Source of the DNA: a virus
Taxonomy: Duplodnaviria; Caudoviricetes
Strand: one strand, 5' to 3'
Virus record (IMG/VR): IMGVR_UViG_3300050011_000039
Location: 1-52,141 of that record
DNA length: 52,141 nt
Position numbers and translations under genes: made by a program. The notes under the pieces are model-generated. The model searched no databases. It had not been told where the DNA came from and was given only the letters and a program-made list of their open reading frames with translations. This document shows, piece after piece, positions 29,461-38,499 of the stretch. Every line of letters begins with the position of its first letter. The first letter of the stretch is position 1.

Positions 29461-29700
29461 ATGAAAATGAAAACAGCAAAAAGAGATTCCGACCTAATAA
29501 CCAGAGATGAAATGTATGAGCGTTTACGCCTTATCAGGATAAACCGCGATATTGCTAACGATACTCCAGTTAAAACTACACACGTGGACGATATGCGAGC
29601 GAAGCATAAGAAAATCTGCAAGCTAACAGAGAGAGAGGGGAAACTATTGCAGCGAATGGGCGACTTGGCATCAGCAGAACGCAAGGACGAAACAAAATGA
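29461..29700 (+). CDS. Hypothetical early protein
   Basis: AAGGA RBS, ATGA coupling to the next gene. Confidence 0.6.
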   Translation: MKMKTAKRDSDLITRDEMYERLRLIRINRDIANDTPVKTTHVDDMRAKHKKICKLTEREGKLLQRMGDLASAERKDETK

Positions 29701-30035
29701 ACGACGCAGAGACGGTACGGCATTGCATAGAAGTTTTGGCGGTTCAAATTGATTCGCCAACTAAAGGACGCATAAAAGCCGAAGGGATTTCTGCATTGGC
29801 AGACTTGGAAAACGCTGCACTTCCTAGATTGCCTGACGGTTGGCGCATAACAACTATGGATATGTCCATTAAGGGGCGTGTGGCGTGCATGATATGTCGT
29901 GATGGCAAGCCATACGATGACTGGTTCTTGCTAACAGAAGCGCAACAGGAAGAAACACAACTTTATGTTAATGGCCTTGGAAGAACTCCGCGCAGGGCTG
30001 TTCTAAATGCCATAACAAACATCGAAAAGGAATAA
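29697..30035 (+). CDS. Hypothetical early protein
   Basis: Coupled ORF. Confidence 0.6.
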   Translation: MNDAETVRHCIEVLAVQIDSPTKGRIKAEGISALADLENAALPRLPDGWRITTMDMSIKGRVACMICRDGKPYDDWFLLTEAQQEETQLYVNGLGRTPRRAVLNAITNIEKE

Positions 30036-30038
30036 ATC

Positions 30039-30212
30039 ATGACTTGGCTAACCAACATTCCCGAAACGGCTTCCAAACTGAACCAAGCCGATGAGGACTA
30101 CGCAAGAGCAAAACTTGCCGCGCAGGGATTAAACCTTGCCGATAAGATCATAGCTTTGAGAGAAGCTAAAGCCGCGAAGGTTAGGGATTATGGGGAGGCG
30201 GTGAGAGGATGA
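30039..30212 (+). CDS. Hypothetical protein (57 aa, not in the ORF track)
   Basis: AAGGA RBS, MTWLTNIPETASKL..., ATGA coupling. Confidence 0.55.
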   Translation: MTWLTNIPETASKLNQADEDYARAKLAAQGLNLADKIIALREAKAAKVRDYGEAVRG

Positions 30213-30406
30213 AATACGCCTTGGTATCCATCTTGTGCTTTTCCTTCGGCATCCTGCTAAACCCAAACTTTACGCCACCAGGGCCGCAGGTAATCGAACG
30301 CGCCACGCCTGTTTATATGCCGATTAAATCCCATTCAAGATATTACGGGGAGCAGATATCAGCTATAGCAGCCGCGATACCAGCCTCAGCCCTAAAGGTG
30401 AAATAA
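30209..30406 (+). CDS. Small membrane/secreted protein
   Basis: Hydrophobic N-terminus MKYALVSILCFSFGILL. Confidence 0.55.
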   Translation: MKYALVSILCFSFGILLNPNFTPPGPQVIERATPVYMPIKSHSRYYGEQISAIAAAIPASALKVK

Positions 30407-30621
30407 TGGAACGCTTCGGTTATCTAGTCTGTCACTATCCAGATCAGGGCGGAAACTTCGGATTCGCGGTATATGAAAATGGTTATGATCGCCCGTTCGT
30501 TCGCGTAGTGTCAGGCGCCCATTACGGAACCGAGCAAACCGCCAACCTCGCAGGCGCAAGGGTATGCGAGCGCGTACGGAGAGTTGCGGAGCGGCATGGA
30601 ATGGAGCTTGTAGCAGCATGA
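30406..30621 (+). CDS. Hypothetical protein
   Basis: Coupled ORF. Confidence 0.55.
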   Translation: MERFGYLVCHYPDQGGNFGFAVYENGYDRPFVRVVSGAHYGTEQTANLAGARVCERVRRVAERHGMELVAA

Positions 30622-30767
30622 AAAATATATCAGCTAAAGAGATTCTCGAACGCATGAAGCGCAACCCCATCCAGAAAGCTTGCGGGAAAAAGCCGATGCA
30701 GATTATCGGGAACAAAAAACGCAAGGCGAAAAGGCTGAAACACCAACAGGAGATTAGCAATGAGTGA
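30618..30767 (+). CDS. Small basic protein (49 aa)
   Basis: ATGA coupling, MKNISAKEILERMK. Confidence 0.5.
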   Translation: MKNISAKEILERMKRNPIQKACGKKPMQIIGNKKRKAKRLKHQQEISNE

Positions 30768-30996
30768 TTTACTAAGCGACCGCGCCCGAATCCTCCTAAT
30801 CCTCGACCGCGAACGCGCAGGGGAAGCGAATGAGGCAGTCATTGTCGCATGTCAGGCATCTCTACGCGCTCTTGATATGGATAAGCGCGGATACGGGGCG
30901 CAATTCATAACCGAATCCTTGGGCGACAACAAACACGAATCAGACGCTCGCGTGATTATGGGAGATTATTATTCAGCGCGAGAAGGGAAAGATTAA
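30760..30996 (+). CDS. Hypothetical protein
   Basis: AGGAG RBS. Confidence 0.6.
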   Translation: MSDLLSDRARILLILDRERAGEANEAVIVACQASLRALDMDKRGYGAQFITESLGDNKHESDARVIMGDYYSAREGKD

Positions 30997-31178
30997 TGAC
31001 CAATACACAAGAGCTAACCCTCGCCATCTTCACCAAAGCAATCCGAGCCATTGCATCCGGCCTCGATCCCGATTGTAGCAGCGCCGGGCGTCAACACGCT
31101 GTATCAATGCCGAAATGGAAGCTACGCGAGATAGCGCGTAGGGCTTGCATAGATGCGGGGATTAAATGGAACACATGA
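30996..31178 (+). CDS. Hypothetical protein
   Basis: Coupled ORF. Confidence 0.55.
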   Translation: MTNTQELTLAIFTKAIRAIASGLDPDCSSAGRQHAVSMPKWKLREIARRACIDAGIKWNT

Positions 31179-31372
31179 CACACGATGAAATTCTCTCCCT
31201 ACGCAAGAAATTAGAACTTACACAAGCAGAATTTTGTGATCTAATTGGCGTAAGCTTGACGACCTTATGGCGACTTGAGAAAGGTCATGAGAAGCCGAGC
31301 AAGACACTTGTTAAATTGTTGGAAGTTATTACCGATAATAATAATTCCGCTTACGATATAAAATATTCGTAA
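31175..31372 (+). CDS. XRE/Cro-family HTH regulator
   Basis: LRKKLELTQAEFCDLIGVSLTTLWRLEKG...P. Confidence 0.88.
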   Translation: MTHDEILSLRKKLELTQAEFCDLIGVSLTTLWRLEKGHEKPSKTLVKLLEVITDNNNSAYDIKYS

Positions 31373-31479
31373 GTTTTGACTTACATCAAAACGATTATTC
31401 GGGTACGTTTTCGGGAGCTGGTCTGGGGGTTTCTTCGCGGTTTCCCTCAGACCCGCGCCAACCGCGAGATCCCCCACAA

Positions 31480-33699
31480 ATGGCATCAAATAATTACGTC
31501 ACCCCGTGGAACAATAAATCCACGCAGAACAAGTTTTTGTTTGCATGGGATGCAGCTTTACCCGCAACGAGAAACAATAGTTATCTTGCGCGAAAGAAAA
31601 TAAAACCATACGGAACCAAACAACAAAACGAAAACCTGCTCATTCCCATTTACAATAAAGATCGTGTTATCTGCGGATTGCAGACGATTGATAAAAACGG
31701 CGCGAAGAAATTCGAATTTGAAAGCAAGGTGGACTCAAACTATTTTGTTCTCAATGAAGAATCCGAAAACACTGTAATTTACATAACCGAAAGTTTTGGC
31801 AACAGCGCATCCATTGCCGAAGCCACAAACGCCACCGTTGTTTGCGCCTTTTCTGCTGGCAACCTTCCCGCCGTAGCAAAGAACATTCGCGCGCAATGCC
31901 AGAACGTCATCGTTATCGCGGCGGATAACGACGAGGCGGGAATTAAATTCGCAGAAAAAGCCGCACTCGCATGTGATGGGTTTGTTTCTATTCCCCCAAA
32001 AGATAGCGACTTCAACGATGCTTTCGTCAATGGCGATGACATCAACAAATTATTGAGCGTTATTTATAAGCCAGAACCAAAAGCTGAAATTGTAAGAGAA
32101 TACAAAGATTATTCCTCTTACGATGAAACATTCGATAAAGAAACAATTCAAGATATGCTTTCGTGTATCTCGGCTGATATAGGCTATCACGAATGGATTG
32201 AAATCGGCATGGCGTTGAAGGCCGGAGGCGCATCGCTGGGCGTTTGGGATGGATGGAGCAAGAACAGCCCGAAGTACAAGAAAAACGGATGTTACGAACA
32301 TTGGAACAGTTTTAAGGGTGGCGCGATAACGATAGGGACGCTTGTTCATCACGCGCAAATGAATGGGTGGACGAGGAAGTATGAGGTTGTGCCACATAAA
32401 AAAATGGCATCCGTTGATATTGGCGCGATTGTTGAGAACAAAAGAAAGATAAAGCCAGCGATAACATCGTCGATAAAGATAGAAGTCATGGAGTTTGACG
32501 GGTTGATTGGCGAAACTGTGAAATGGATTACAGACAGCGCGACATTCAAGCAGCCAGTTCTTGCAACCCTGAACGTGCTGGCGACATTGGGCGCGGTATT
32601 CGGGCGCAAATATCGCACAAGCAAATTAAACACGCGAACGAACATTTACACGGTTGGTGTTGCCGGAACATCAGCAGGTAAAGATCATTCTCGCAAACTC
32701 ATTGCGAATCTCGCAAACGAAGCCGGATTAAAGAATATTCTGGGCGACAATGGAGTACGCTCAGATTCCGGTATTGTTAAATCACTCACGGTTCAGGCAA
32801 GCCAAGTTATGATGATCGACGAATTTGGCGATTTCCTGAAAGGTTTGAAAGATCAGAAAGCAGCCGCGCACATTAAGGCGGTGGGGCGGTTATTGCTTCA
32901 GCTCTATTCTACCAGCAGCAGCCTTTATAAACACGGAACATACGCGACTGAGAAGATGGACTCAATGATTCTCCATTGTCCAAATCTTTGTATTTACGGT
33001 ACGACAACCGAGGATATTTACGCCGCCGCAATATCGAAAGAGGGGATAAAAAGCGGGGAATTAAACCGCTTTATCGTTCTTCCTGGCGATGATGGCGCAA
33101 TGCCATGCCACGACATCGACGACACGACGAGAACCCCACAACATCTTGTTGATGGATGGAGGGCATTAGGAGGTTTGCAGGATGGCAATAGCTTGGCTGC
33201 AAGCACATCAGCGACATTCGAGCCAGAGCCGGAAAATATCGAGTGGGGTGATTGCTGGAAGGATGCTTGCGATCTTCTCGACTTGCAATGCAAGAAGCGT
33301 GACGAACCCAACGGCGCATTGTGGGGAAGGTATCGGGAAAATATTATCAAGATCGCACTCATTTATTGTTTGTCGGAAAAGAAGAAAATCATAGAAAAGA
33401 AACATATCGAGACAGCGCGGCATTATGTTGATTTATCCGTTCAGTACATGAACAAGCTGGCAAACAGCCACATGGCTGATAACCAATGGGAAGAACTGCA
33501 TAACGAGTTTGTACGACTTCTCGAAAAGAACAAAGGCGAGATGAGAAAGTTTGAACTCGCACGAGCCATGAAGAAAGTTAAACGGCGCGACTTCGATGAA
33601 ATGTTGGGCGGCATGAAGGAGGCCGAGATTATAGCCATTGAGAGCCGGAATAATAACGGCAATGTGGGGAGGCCAACGGTATATGTCAAACTTCTCTGA
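31480..33699 (+). CDS. Primase-helicase: TOPRIM + PriCT-2 + DUF3987-type ATPase (739 aa)
   Basis: TES...AFSAGNL...IAADND...DFND (TOPRIM); YHEWIEIGMALK...WDGWS...KY (PriCT-2); AGTSAGKD and IDEFG. Confidence 0.85.
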   Translation: MASNNYVTPWNNKSTQNKFLFAWDAALPATRNNSYLARKKIKPYGTKQQNENLLIPIYNKDRVICGLQTIDKNGAKKFEFESKVDSNYFVLNEESENTVIYITESFGNSASIAEATNATVVCAFSAGNLPAVAKNIRAQCQNVIVIAADNDEAGIKFAEKAALACDGFVSIPPKDSDFNDAFVNGDDINKLLSVIYKPEPKAEIVREYKDYSSYDETFDKETIQDMLSCISADIGYHEWIEIGMALKAGGASLGVWDGWSKNSPKYKKNGCYEHWNSFKGGAITIGTLVHHAQMNGWTRKYEVVPHKKMASVDIGAIVENKRKIKPAITSSIKIEVMEFDGLIGETVKWITDSATFKQPVLATLNVLATLGAVFGRKYRTSKLNTRTNIYTVGVAGTSAGKDHSRKLIANLANEAGLKNILGDNGVRSDSGIVKSLTVQASQVMMIDEFGDFLKGLKDQKAAAHIKAVGRLLLQLYSTSSSLYKHGTYATEKMDSMILHCPNLCIYGTTTEDIYAAAISKEGIKSGELNRFIVLPGDDGAMPCHDIDDTTRTPQHLVDGWRALGGLQDGNSLAASTSATFEPEPENIEWGDCWKDACDLLDLQCKKRDEPNGALWGRYRENIIKIALIYCLSEKKKIIEKKHIETARHYVDLSVQYMNKLANSHMADNQWEELHNEFVRLLEKNKGEMRKFELARAMKKVKRRDFDEMLGGMKEAEIIAIESRNNNGNVGRPTVYVKLL

Positions 33700-33895
33700 A
33701 CAAAAAGCCGATATCATTCAAAAGATGGAATGGTGCTTCGAGGCGATCAAGTATCTCAATGAGAACCTGGACGAAACGCACGATTTATATGAGCCGGTTA
33801 ATGATGCTTATTGGTTGGTGCAAATAGCTAAAAAGGAACTCCGTCTTTTGTTGGAGTCCCTTGAAGCCGAGCAATCTCCCCCAAATATGAGCTAA
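33683..33895 (+). CDS. Hypothetical protein (70 aa)
   Basis: GGAGG RBS, MSNFSEQK start. Confidence 0.55.
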   Translation: MSNFSEQKADIIQKMEWCFEAIKYLNENLDETHDLYEPVNDAYWLVQIAKKELRLLLESLEAEQSPPNMS

Positions 33896-34034
33896 CGATG
33901 CAGCGCACATAAACCGAGTATTGCCCCATTGTGAGGCGAGACAGATCGGTAATGCGTAATTCGTCAAGGTATTCGCCTCCAACCTGCCCGGCTTTAGTTA
34001 TTGCCCATGCTTCGGTTTCCGTCATATCAACCAT
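33828..34034 (-). CDS. DUF6511-like small protein
   Basis: D.T..E..AI..AG..GGEYLDE....DL..LT pattern seen in alphaproteobacterial phages. Confidence 0.6.
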   Translation of the reverse strand: MVDMTETEAWAITKAGQVGGEYLDELRITDLSRLTMGQYSVYVRCIVSSYLGEIARLQGTPTKDGVPF

Positions 34035-34157
34035 TTTTTAACCCTATAACAGAAATGTGATAAATTGTCTTGACGCGCTCTTTTATACCGTGGTAACATC
34101 TCAATATCAAGTGATGGTTTTATTCCATCCAGCAAAACGAACGAAAAGGAACTGAAA

Positions 34158-34589
34158 ATGAGCAACCACGATACCGATTACCAAAAATTCACCGATGAGA
34201 TGCTCGAAACATCGCTCTCTCAGGTTGAAAAAGAACTCTCCGAACTCTCCAAACAGAAAAAACGCATTGTTGAGACTTTTGTCGCGCGCAAGCATGATGA
34301 ACTCGAAGCGTTGCTTGCCGCGAAGGACGAACCATACGGAACGGTTCACGTCGGCAACTTTGAAGTCGCGTACGGGAAAAAAGTTTCTTACGATCAAGAG
34401 AAGCTTGCCGTGATAGCAAAAGAAATCGCTGATGCTGGCGAGAAGGTTTCCGACTATATAAAAATTGAATATGATATTTCGGAAAGTAAGTTCAAAGCTT
34501 GGCCTGAACCCATCAAGGCTCAATTCATTCCTGCAAGGACAGTTGCAAGAGGGAATCCGACTGTAAAAGTTAAGGGAGAAAAGGAATGA
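34158..34589 (+). CDS. Hypothetical protein of the recombination module (143 aa)
   Basis: KKVSYDQEKL...ISESKFKAWP...F.PARTV; upstream TTGACG-N18-TAACAT promoter. Confidence 0.75.
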   Translation: MSNHDTDYQKFTDEMLETSLSQVEKELSELSKQKKRIVETFVARKHDELEALLAAKDEPYGTVHVGNFEVAYGKKVSYDQEKLAVIAKEIADAGEKVSDYIKIEYDISESKFKAWPEPIKAQFIPARTVARGNPTVKVKGEKE

Positions 34590-35230
34590 GCAAACTTATC
34601 CGTTTGGTAGATATAGAGGACGTAAATCTCAAAACCCTTTCAGTTGAGATTAAGGCATTGGCGGTTTCTGGAAAACAGATGACTTTATCTGTTTTTCGGC
34701 AACTTCCTAATGAGCCTATCCTTAATGATAACATTGATCTACGCGGCACAGCATGGGGGCATGTAAATTATTTTTGGAAGGAAAATGAGGGGGATTTACA
34801 TCTTGTCTGGCAAATTAACGACAAACTTTGTCGTTCTCCCATAAAGAAAAGGGAGATATATCAATATCAAGAGAAGTTGAGAGATTTATCCCGTGAACGA
34901 AAAGGTCTTGCTGATGCAATTAAAGATGTCAAGGAGCATCTTCCAAAGACCATAACAACATGGACGAACCATATTTGCAATGAAAGAGAACCAATAGACG
35001 ACGATAAAATTAACATGACTTTTTATAATGAGACCGCTTTTTGGATAAAAGAAAAAAGCCCTTATACATTCGGCTTTTTAAGAAAATTTATCGCAAGCGG
35101 GGAGGATAGATTGCTGGAAATGAAAAAAGAAATAGAGCAAGAACACGCTAGTTCTATTGATCGTCATAAGAAATACATGGCTCACTTCAATTCTTTTGCA
35201 CAGCTTCCGCAACTTTTTATCGCAATGTAA
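34586..35230 (+). CDS. Hypothetical protein (214 aa)
   Basis: KQMTLSVFRQL...WGHVNY...LPQLFIA; lower GC. Confidence 0.7.
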   Translation: MSKLIRLVDIEDVNLKTLSVEIKALAVSGKQMTLSVFRQLPNEPILNDNIDLRGTAWGHVNYFWKENEGDLHLVWQINDKLCRSPIKKREIYQYQEKLRDLSRERKGLADAIKDVKEHLPKTITTWTNHICNEREPIDDDKINMTFYNETAFWIKEKSPYTFGFLRKFIASGEDRLLEMKKEIEQEHASSIDRHKKYMAHFNSFAQLPQLFIAM

Positions 35231-35254
35231 CGATCAACCAAGGAGTAAACTAAC

Positions 35255-36043
35255 ATGATCTCACTCGAAACCCTAAAAACCGGTGTATCAAAAGCACCAC
35301 CTCGTATCTTGCTTTATGGGGAAGAAAAAATCGGCAAGACGACCTTCGCCGCGAACGCACCTAACCCCGTGTTTCTCCGCACCGAGGACGGCGAAGGCAA
35401 GCTTGACCTGACCAGTTGGGACATCAAATCATTCGAGGACTTCCTTGATGCGATTGGTGTCTTAGCAACCCAAAAGCACGACTTCCAAACAGTTGTCATC
35501 GACACACTAGATTGGTTTGAGCCAATTGTTTGGAAACAGCTTATCAGGGATCGTCCGAAGAGCGAGAAGGGCGCAGTTATCGAAAACATTGATGACTATG
35601 GATTTGGCAAGGGATACGGATTTGCGATGGATTACTGGGTGCAAATCATTGATTGCCTCAACGCACTACGCAATGAGCGCAATATGATGGTTATCATGCT
35701 GGCTCACTCGCATATCAAATCCTATAGCCCGCCAGATGGCAGCAGCTATGACCGCTTTACCCTCAAGATGAACGAGAAAGCTTCAGAGAAGTTTATGGAG
35801 TTCTCGGATGCAATCTTTTTCGCCAAGAAAAAGATGTTTCTCGCTGATGACGAGGGCAAGAAGGGAGACAAGAACGCCAAGAAGAAGGCCGTAGGATCGT
35901 CGGACGGACGCGAGATCATGACAGAAAGCCTCCCAAGCTTCCGCGCTGGCAATCGCTATAATCTTCCGGCTTCCCTTCCGTTCGATGCGAATGTATGGAA
36001 TCTCATAAGCAAGGATATTCCTTATTTCGAGAAGTTTAAATAA
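35255..36043 (+). CDS. Sak4-like / AAA_24 ATPase
   Basis: LLYGEEKIGKTTFA, TVVIDTLDW, GFGKGY, MLAHS. Confidence 0.85.
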   Translation: MISLETLKTGVSKAPPRILLYGEEKIGKTTFAANAPNPVFLRTEDGEGKLDLTSWDIKSFEDFLDAIGVLATQKHDFQTVVIDTLDWFEPIVWKQLIRDRPKSEKGAVIENIDDYGFGKGYGFAMDYWVQIIDCLNALRNERNMMVIMLAHSHIKSYSPPDGSSYDRFTLKMNEKASEKFMEFSDAIFFAKKKMFLADDEGKKGDKNAKKKAVGSSDGREIMTESLPSFRAGNRYNLPASLPFDANVWNLISKDIPYFEKFK

Positions 36044-36213
36044 TGGAAACCATCGATATCATTATTGAGGTGCTGGAAAAGTCAGTCAAAAAGAATGGCG
36101 AAATACAGCTAACCAATAGGCATTTGCTCAACATTCTTAAAATGGCGGTAGATGTTGAACAACAAAGATCAAAGGATAGGTGGATGGAATCATCTATCTT
36201 TTGTAACGACTAA
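36043..36213 (+). CDS. Hypothetical protein (56 aa, not in the ORF track)
   Basis: TAATG coupling; METIDIIIEVLEKSVKKNGEIQLTNRHLLNILKMA... Confidence 0.55.
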   Translation: METIDIIIEVLEKSVKKNGEIQLTNRHLLNILKMAVDVEQQRSKDRWMESSIFCND

Positions 36214-36233
36214 CAACCAAAGGAGTAACTAAA

Positions 36234-36779
36234 ATGGCCGATCTATCATCCCTAAACATCCAAGCCCAGGACCACAGCGCACCCGAATACACGCTGTTGC
36301 CAAAAGGCTACTACAAGATCGTCGCGCTCAAGGAGGAACTGAAAGACACGAAGTCGGGCGGGAAGTACATTTCCATCGAGTTCGAGGCCATCGAATCCAA
36401 GCGCAAGCTATGGGAGGGCTACAACATCGTTAATGAGAACGCCACCACCGTTAAAATCGCCACAGAGCAGCTTGAAAGCTTCGCATGGGCTGTCGGGCTG
36501 ACGACGCTGCGAAACAGCGAAGAACTGCTGTTTAAGGAGGTTCAGGCATATGTTGATATTGATCCTGAATCCACAAAAAATGGAGTGACTTATAAAGCCA
36601 AGAACAAGGTTAAGGGCTATTACCCCGTAGCTTGGACGGTTGAGCAGATTGAGGCTCACCGTAAGAGCAAATCCAAGGATACCGGATCGGCAGGGGCTAG
36701 TGTTCCGCCCACTCCTGTCGTGGCGACACCCGCAGTTGGCGCTGCTGGTTCACCGTGGGCGCGGAAGGCTGCTACCTAG
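36234..36779 (+). CDS. DUF669 single-stranded DNA-binding protein
   Basis: LLPKGYY...E.K.TKSGGKYI..EF...KN.VKGY...PW C-terminus; follows Sak4. Confidence 0.8.
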   Translation: MADLSSLNIQAQDHSAPEYTLLPKGYYKIVALKEELKDTKSGGKYISIEFEAIESKRKLWEGYNIVNENATTVKIATEQLESFAWAVGLTTLRNSEELLFKEVQAYVDIDPESTKNGVTYKAKNKVKGYYPVAWTVEQIEAHRKSKSKDTGSAGASVPPTPVVATPAVGAAGSPWARKAAT

Positions 36780-36784
36780 CAGAA

Positions 36785-36832
36785 GAACCCCCTCGTTGTC
36801 TTTGAGTAGAGCGATGGCGAGGGGGATTCTTA
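36785..36832 (+). terminator. Hairpin / probable terminator
   Basis: AACCCCCTCGTTGTC...GATGGCGAGGGGGATT. Confidence 0.5.
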
Positions 36833-36858
36833 TACCATAAAATGGGGATAATAACAAA

Positions 36859-37806
36859 ATGGTTGATTTAACCTCGCTTTTCGACGCAGATAAAACGCTT
36901 AAAGCTTGTGACGATGCGCTGGTTGAGCAATCGAAGAAAGAGCCGCCTCGGCCTTATTTGGGGGCTTCTTCGATTGGCGAGTCATGCAGTCGGAAGCTCT
37001 GGTATCGGTTTCGTTTCCTCAAAGAGACATTTGACGCCCCCACACTCAAGCGGTTCAGGGATGGGCATATCACCGAGAATACGGTTATTGAGCAAATTAA
37101 ACTTGTTCCCCACATAAAACTAGAAGGAGCCGGAAAAGAGCAGATCGAGATCGTCGATGTTGATGGGCATTTTGCCGGACACCTGGATGGAGAAATCGAA
37201 GGCTTAATCGAAGCCCCAAAAACGGTTCACGTTTTCGAGGCGAAGGCAGTTGGTGAGAAAAAGTTTAACGAGCTGAAAAAATATAAGCTAGAACTTGGCG
37301 AAAAGTTGGCATTAAGAAAATACAGTCCAGTTTATTACGCCCAGATCGTGCTTTATATGTTCAAGCGAAAGCGAGAAAGAGCGTTCCATGTTTTCGCCAC
37401 GCCAGGGGCGAGGGATTGGTTAAGCGTAAGAACAGAAGCGGATAACGGATTCGCTAAGAGCCTAATCGAAAAAGCCCGTCGCATAATTTATGCAAACGAT
37501 GCGCCCGAAGGCATCTCACGCGATCCTGCGTTCTTCGATTGCAAGTTTTGTGGGATGCACGATGTTTGTCACAACAAAAAGCTGCCGGAAAGGAATTGCA
37601 GAACGTGCGTACATTCGTCGCCCGTAGCGGATGGGAAATGGGAATGTAATTTCCATAAGAAAGAAATCAGTTATGAGGAACAACTCAAGGGATGCGCGAA
37701 TCATCTTTTCATACCCAGTTTCGTAGCTGGTGAGATTAAGGAGGTTTTGGGGAATACGATTACCTACAACATGAAGGATAAGAGCGTTTGGGTGGACGGG
37801 AAATAG
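36859..37806 (+). CDS. Cas4-like PD-(D/E)XK exonuclease (RecB family)
   Basis: YLGASSIG..C.RKLWY, GHLDG, FEAK, YYAQ, CKFC....VC...NCRTC. Confidence 0.85.
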   Translation: MVDLTSLFDADKTLKACDDALVEQSKKEPPRPYLGASSIGESCSRKLWYRFRFLKETFDAPTLKRFRDGHITENTVIEQIKLVPHIKLEGAGKEQIEIVDVDGHFAGHLDGEIEGLIEAPKTVHVFEAKAVGEKKFNELKKYKLELGEKLALRKYSPVYYAQIVLYMFKRKRERAFHVFATPGARDWLSVRTEADNGFAKSLIEKARRIIYANDAPEGISRDPAFFDCKFCGMHDVCHNKKLPERNCRTCVHSSPVADGKWECNFHKKEISYEEQLKGCANHLFIPSFVAGEIKEVLGNTITYNMKDKSVWVDGK

Positions 37807-37869
37807 TTGGATTGACAGCCCTATATTTTTTAGTATAGTGTCTGTTAGTCCAACTACAGGAGTTTAATT

Positions 37870-38499
37870 ATGAATAAAAATCTTCGATCATTGCCTAAAA
37901 TGAAAAAAGGTAAAACGAAAGATAAAAAGAAAGTATGTTCAATAAAAGATTGTGGGCGACCAGCCATATGCCGATGGATGTGCGAGAAACATTATTCAAG
38001 AATGAAGAAACACGGGACACTGGATGTATCTCGACTTGTAATAGATGATGTTATGGAAAGCTTTTGGGCGCGAACCAATAAAAAGGGCAAAGACGATTGC
38101 TGGAACTGGACTGGTTCTACAAGGGGAAGCGATCCAAAAAGGCAGTATGCTAGACATTGGAATGGTTCTGCATCCGAAAATGGACACCGATTCTCATATA
38201 GAAAATTTGTTGGAGAAATCCCAAAAGGTTTATGTGTATGTCACCATTGCGACAATCCATTGTGCGTAAACCCGCATCATTTATTTATTGGTACGCATAA
38301 AGATAATATGGCTGATATGAAAAAAAAGGGTAGGGCTTATGATGGATATGGAGAAGATAGGCCAATATCAGTCCTGACAAACAAACAAGCTGATGAAATC
38401 AGAAAATCCAGTCTTACAAGGAAGCAATTAAGAGAAAAGTATCAAGTTTCAGACTCAACAATAGGCCGCGTTCTTCGCGGAGAAAGCTATGTTGATTAA
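37870..38499 (+). CDS. HNH homing endonuclease
   Basis: CW.WTG, HRFSY....[29 protein letters not shown]; own TTGACA-N16-TATAGT promoter at 37812-37839. Confidence 0.9.
   Translation: MNKNLRSLPKMKKGKTKDKKKVCSIKDCGRPAICRWMCEKHYSRMKKHGTLDVSRLVIDDVMESFWARTNKKGKDDCWNWTGSTRGSDPKRQYARHWNGSASENGHRFSYRKFVGEIPKGLCVCHHCDNPLCVNPHHLFIGTHKDNMADMKKKGRAYDGYGEDRPISVLTNKQADEIRKSSLTRKQLREKYQVSDSTIGRVLRGESYVD

Noticed and set aside
36859-37806. Cas4 as evidence of a CRISPR system
   Set aside because: Stand-alone phage exonuclease in a Sak4/SSB module; no array or other cas genes
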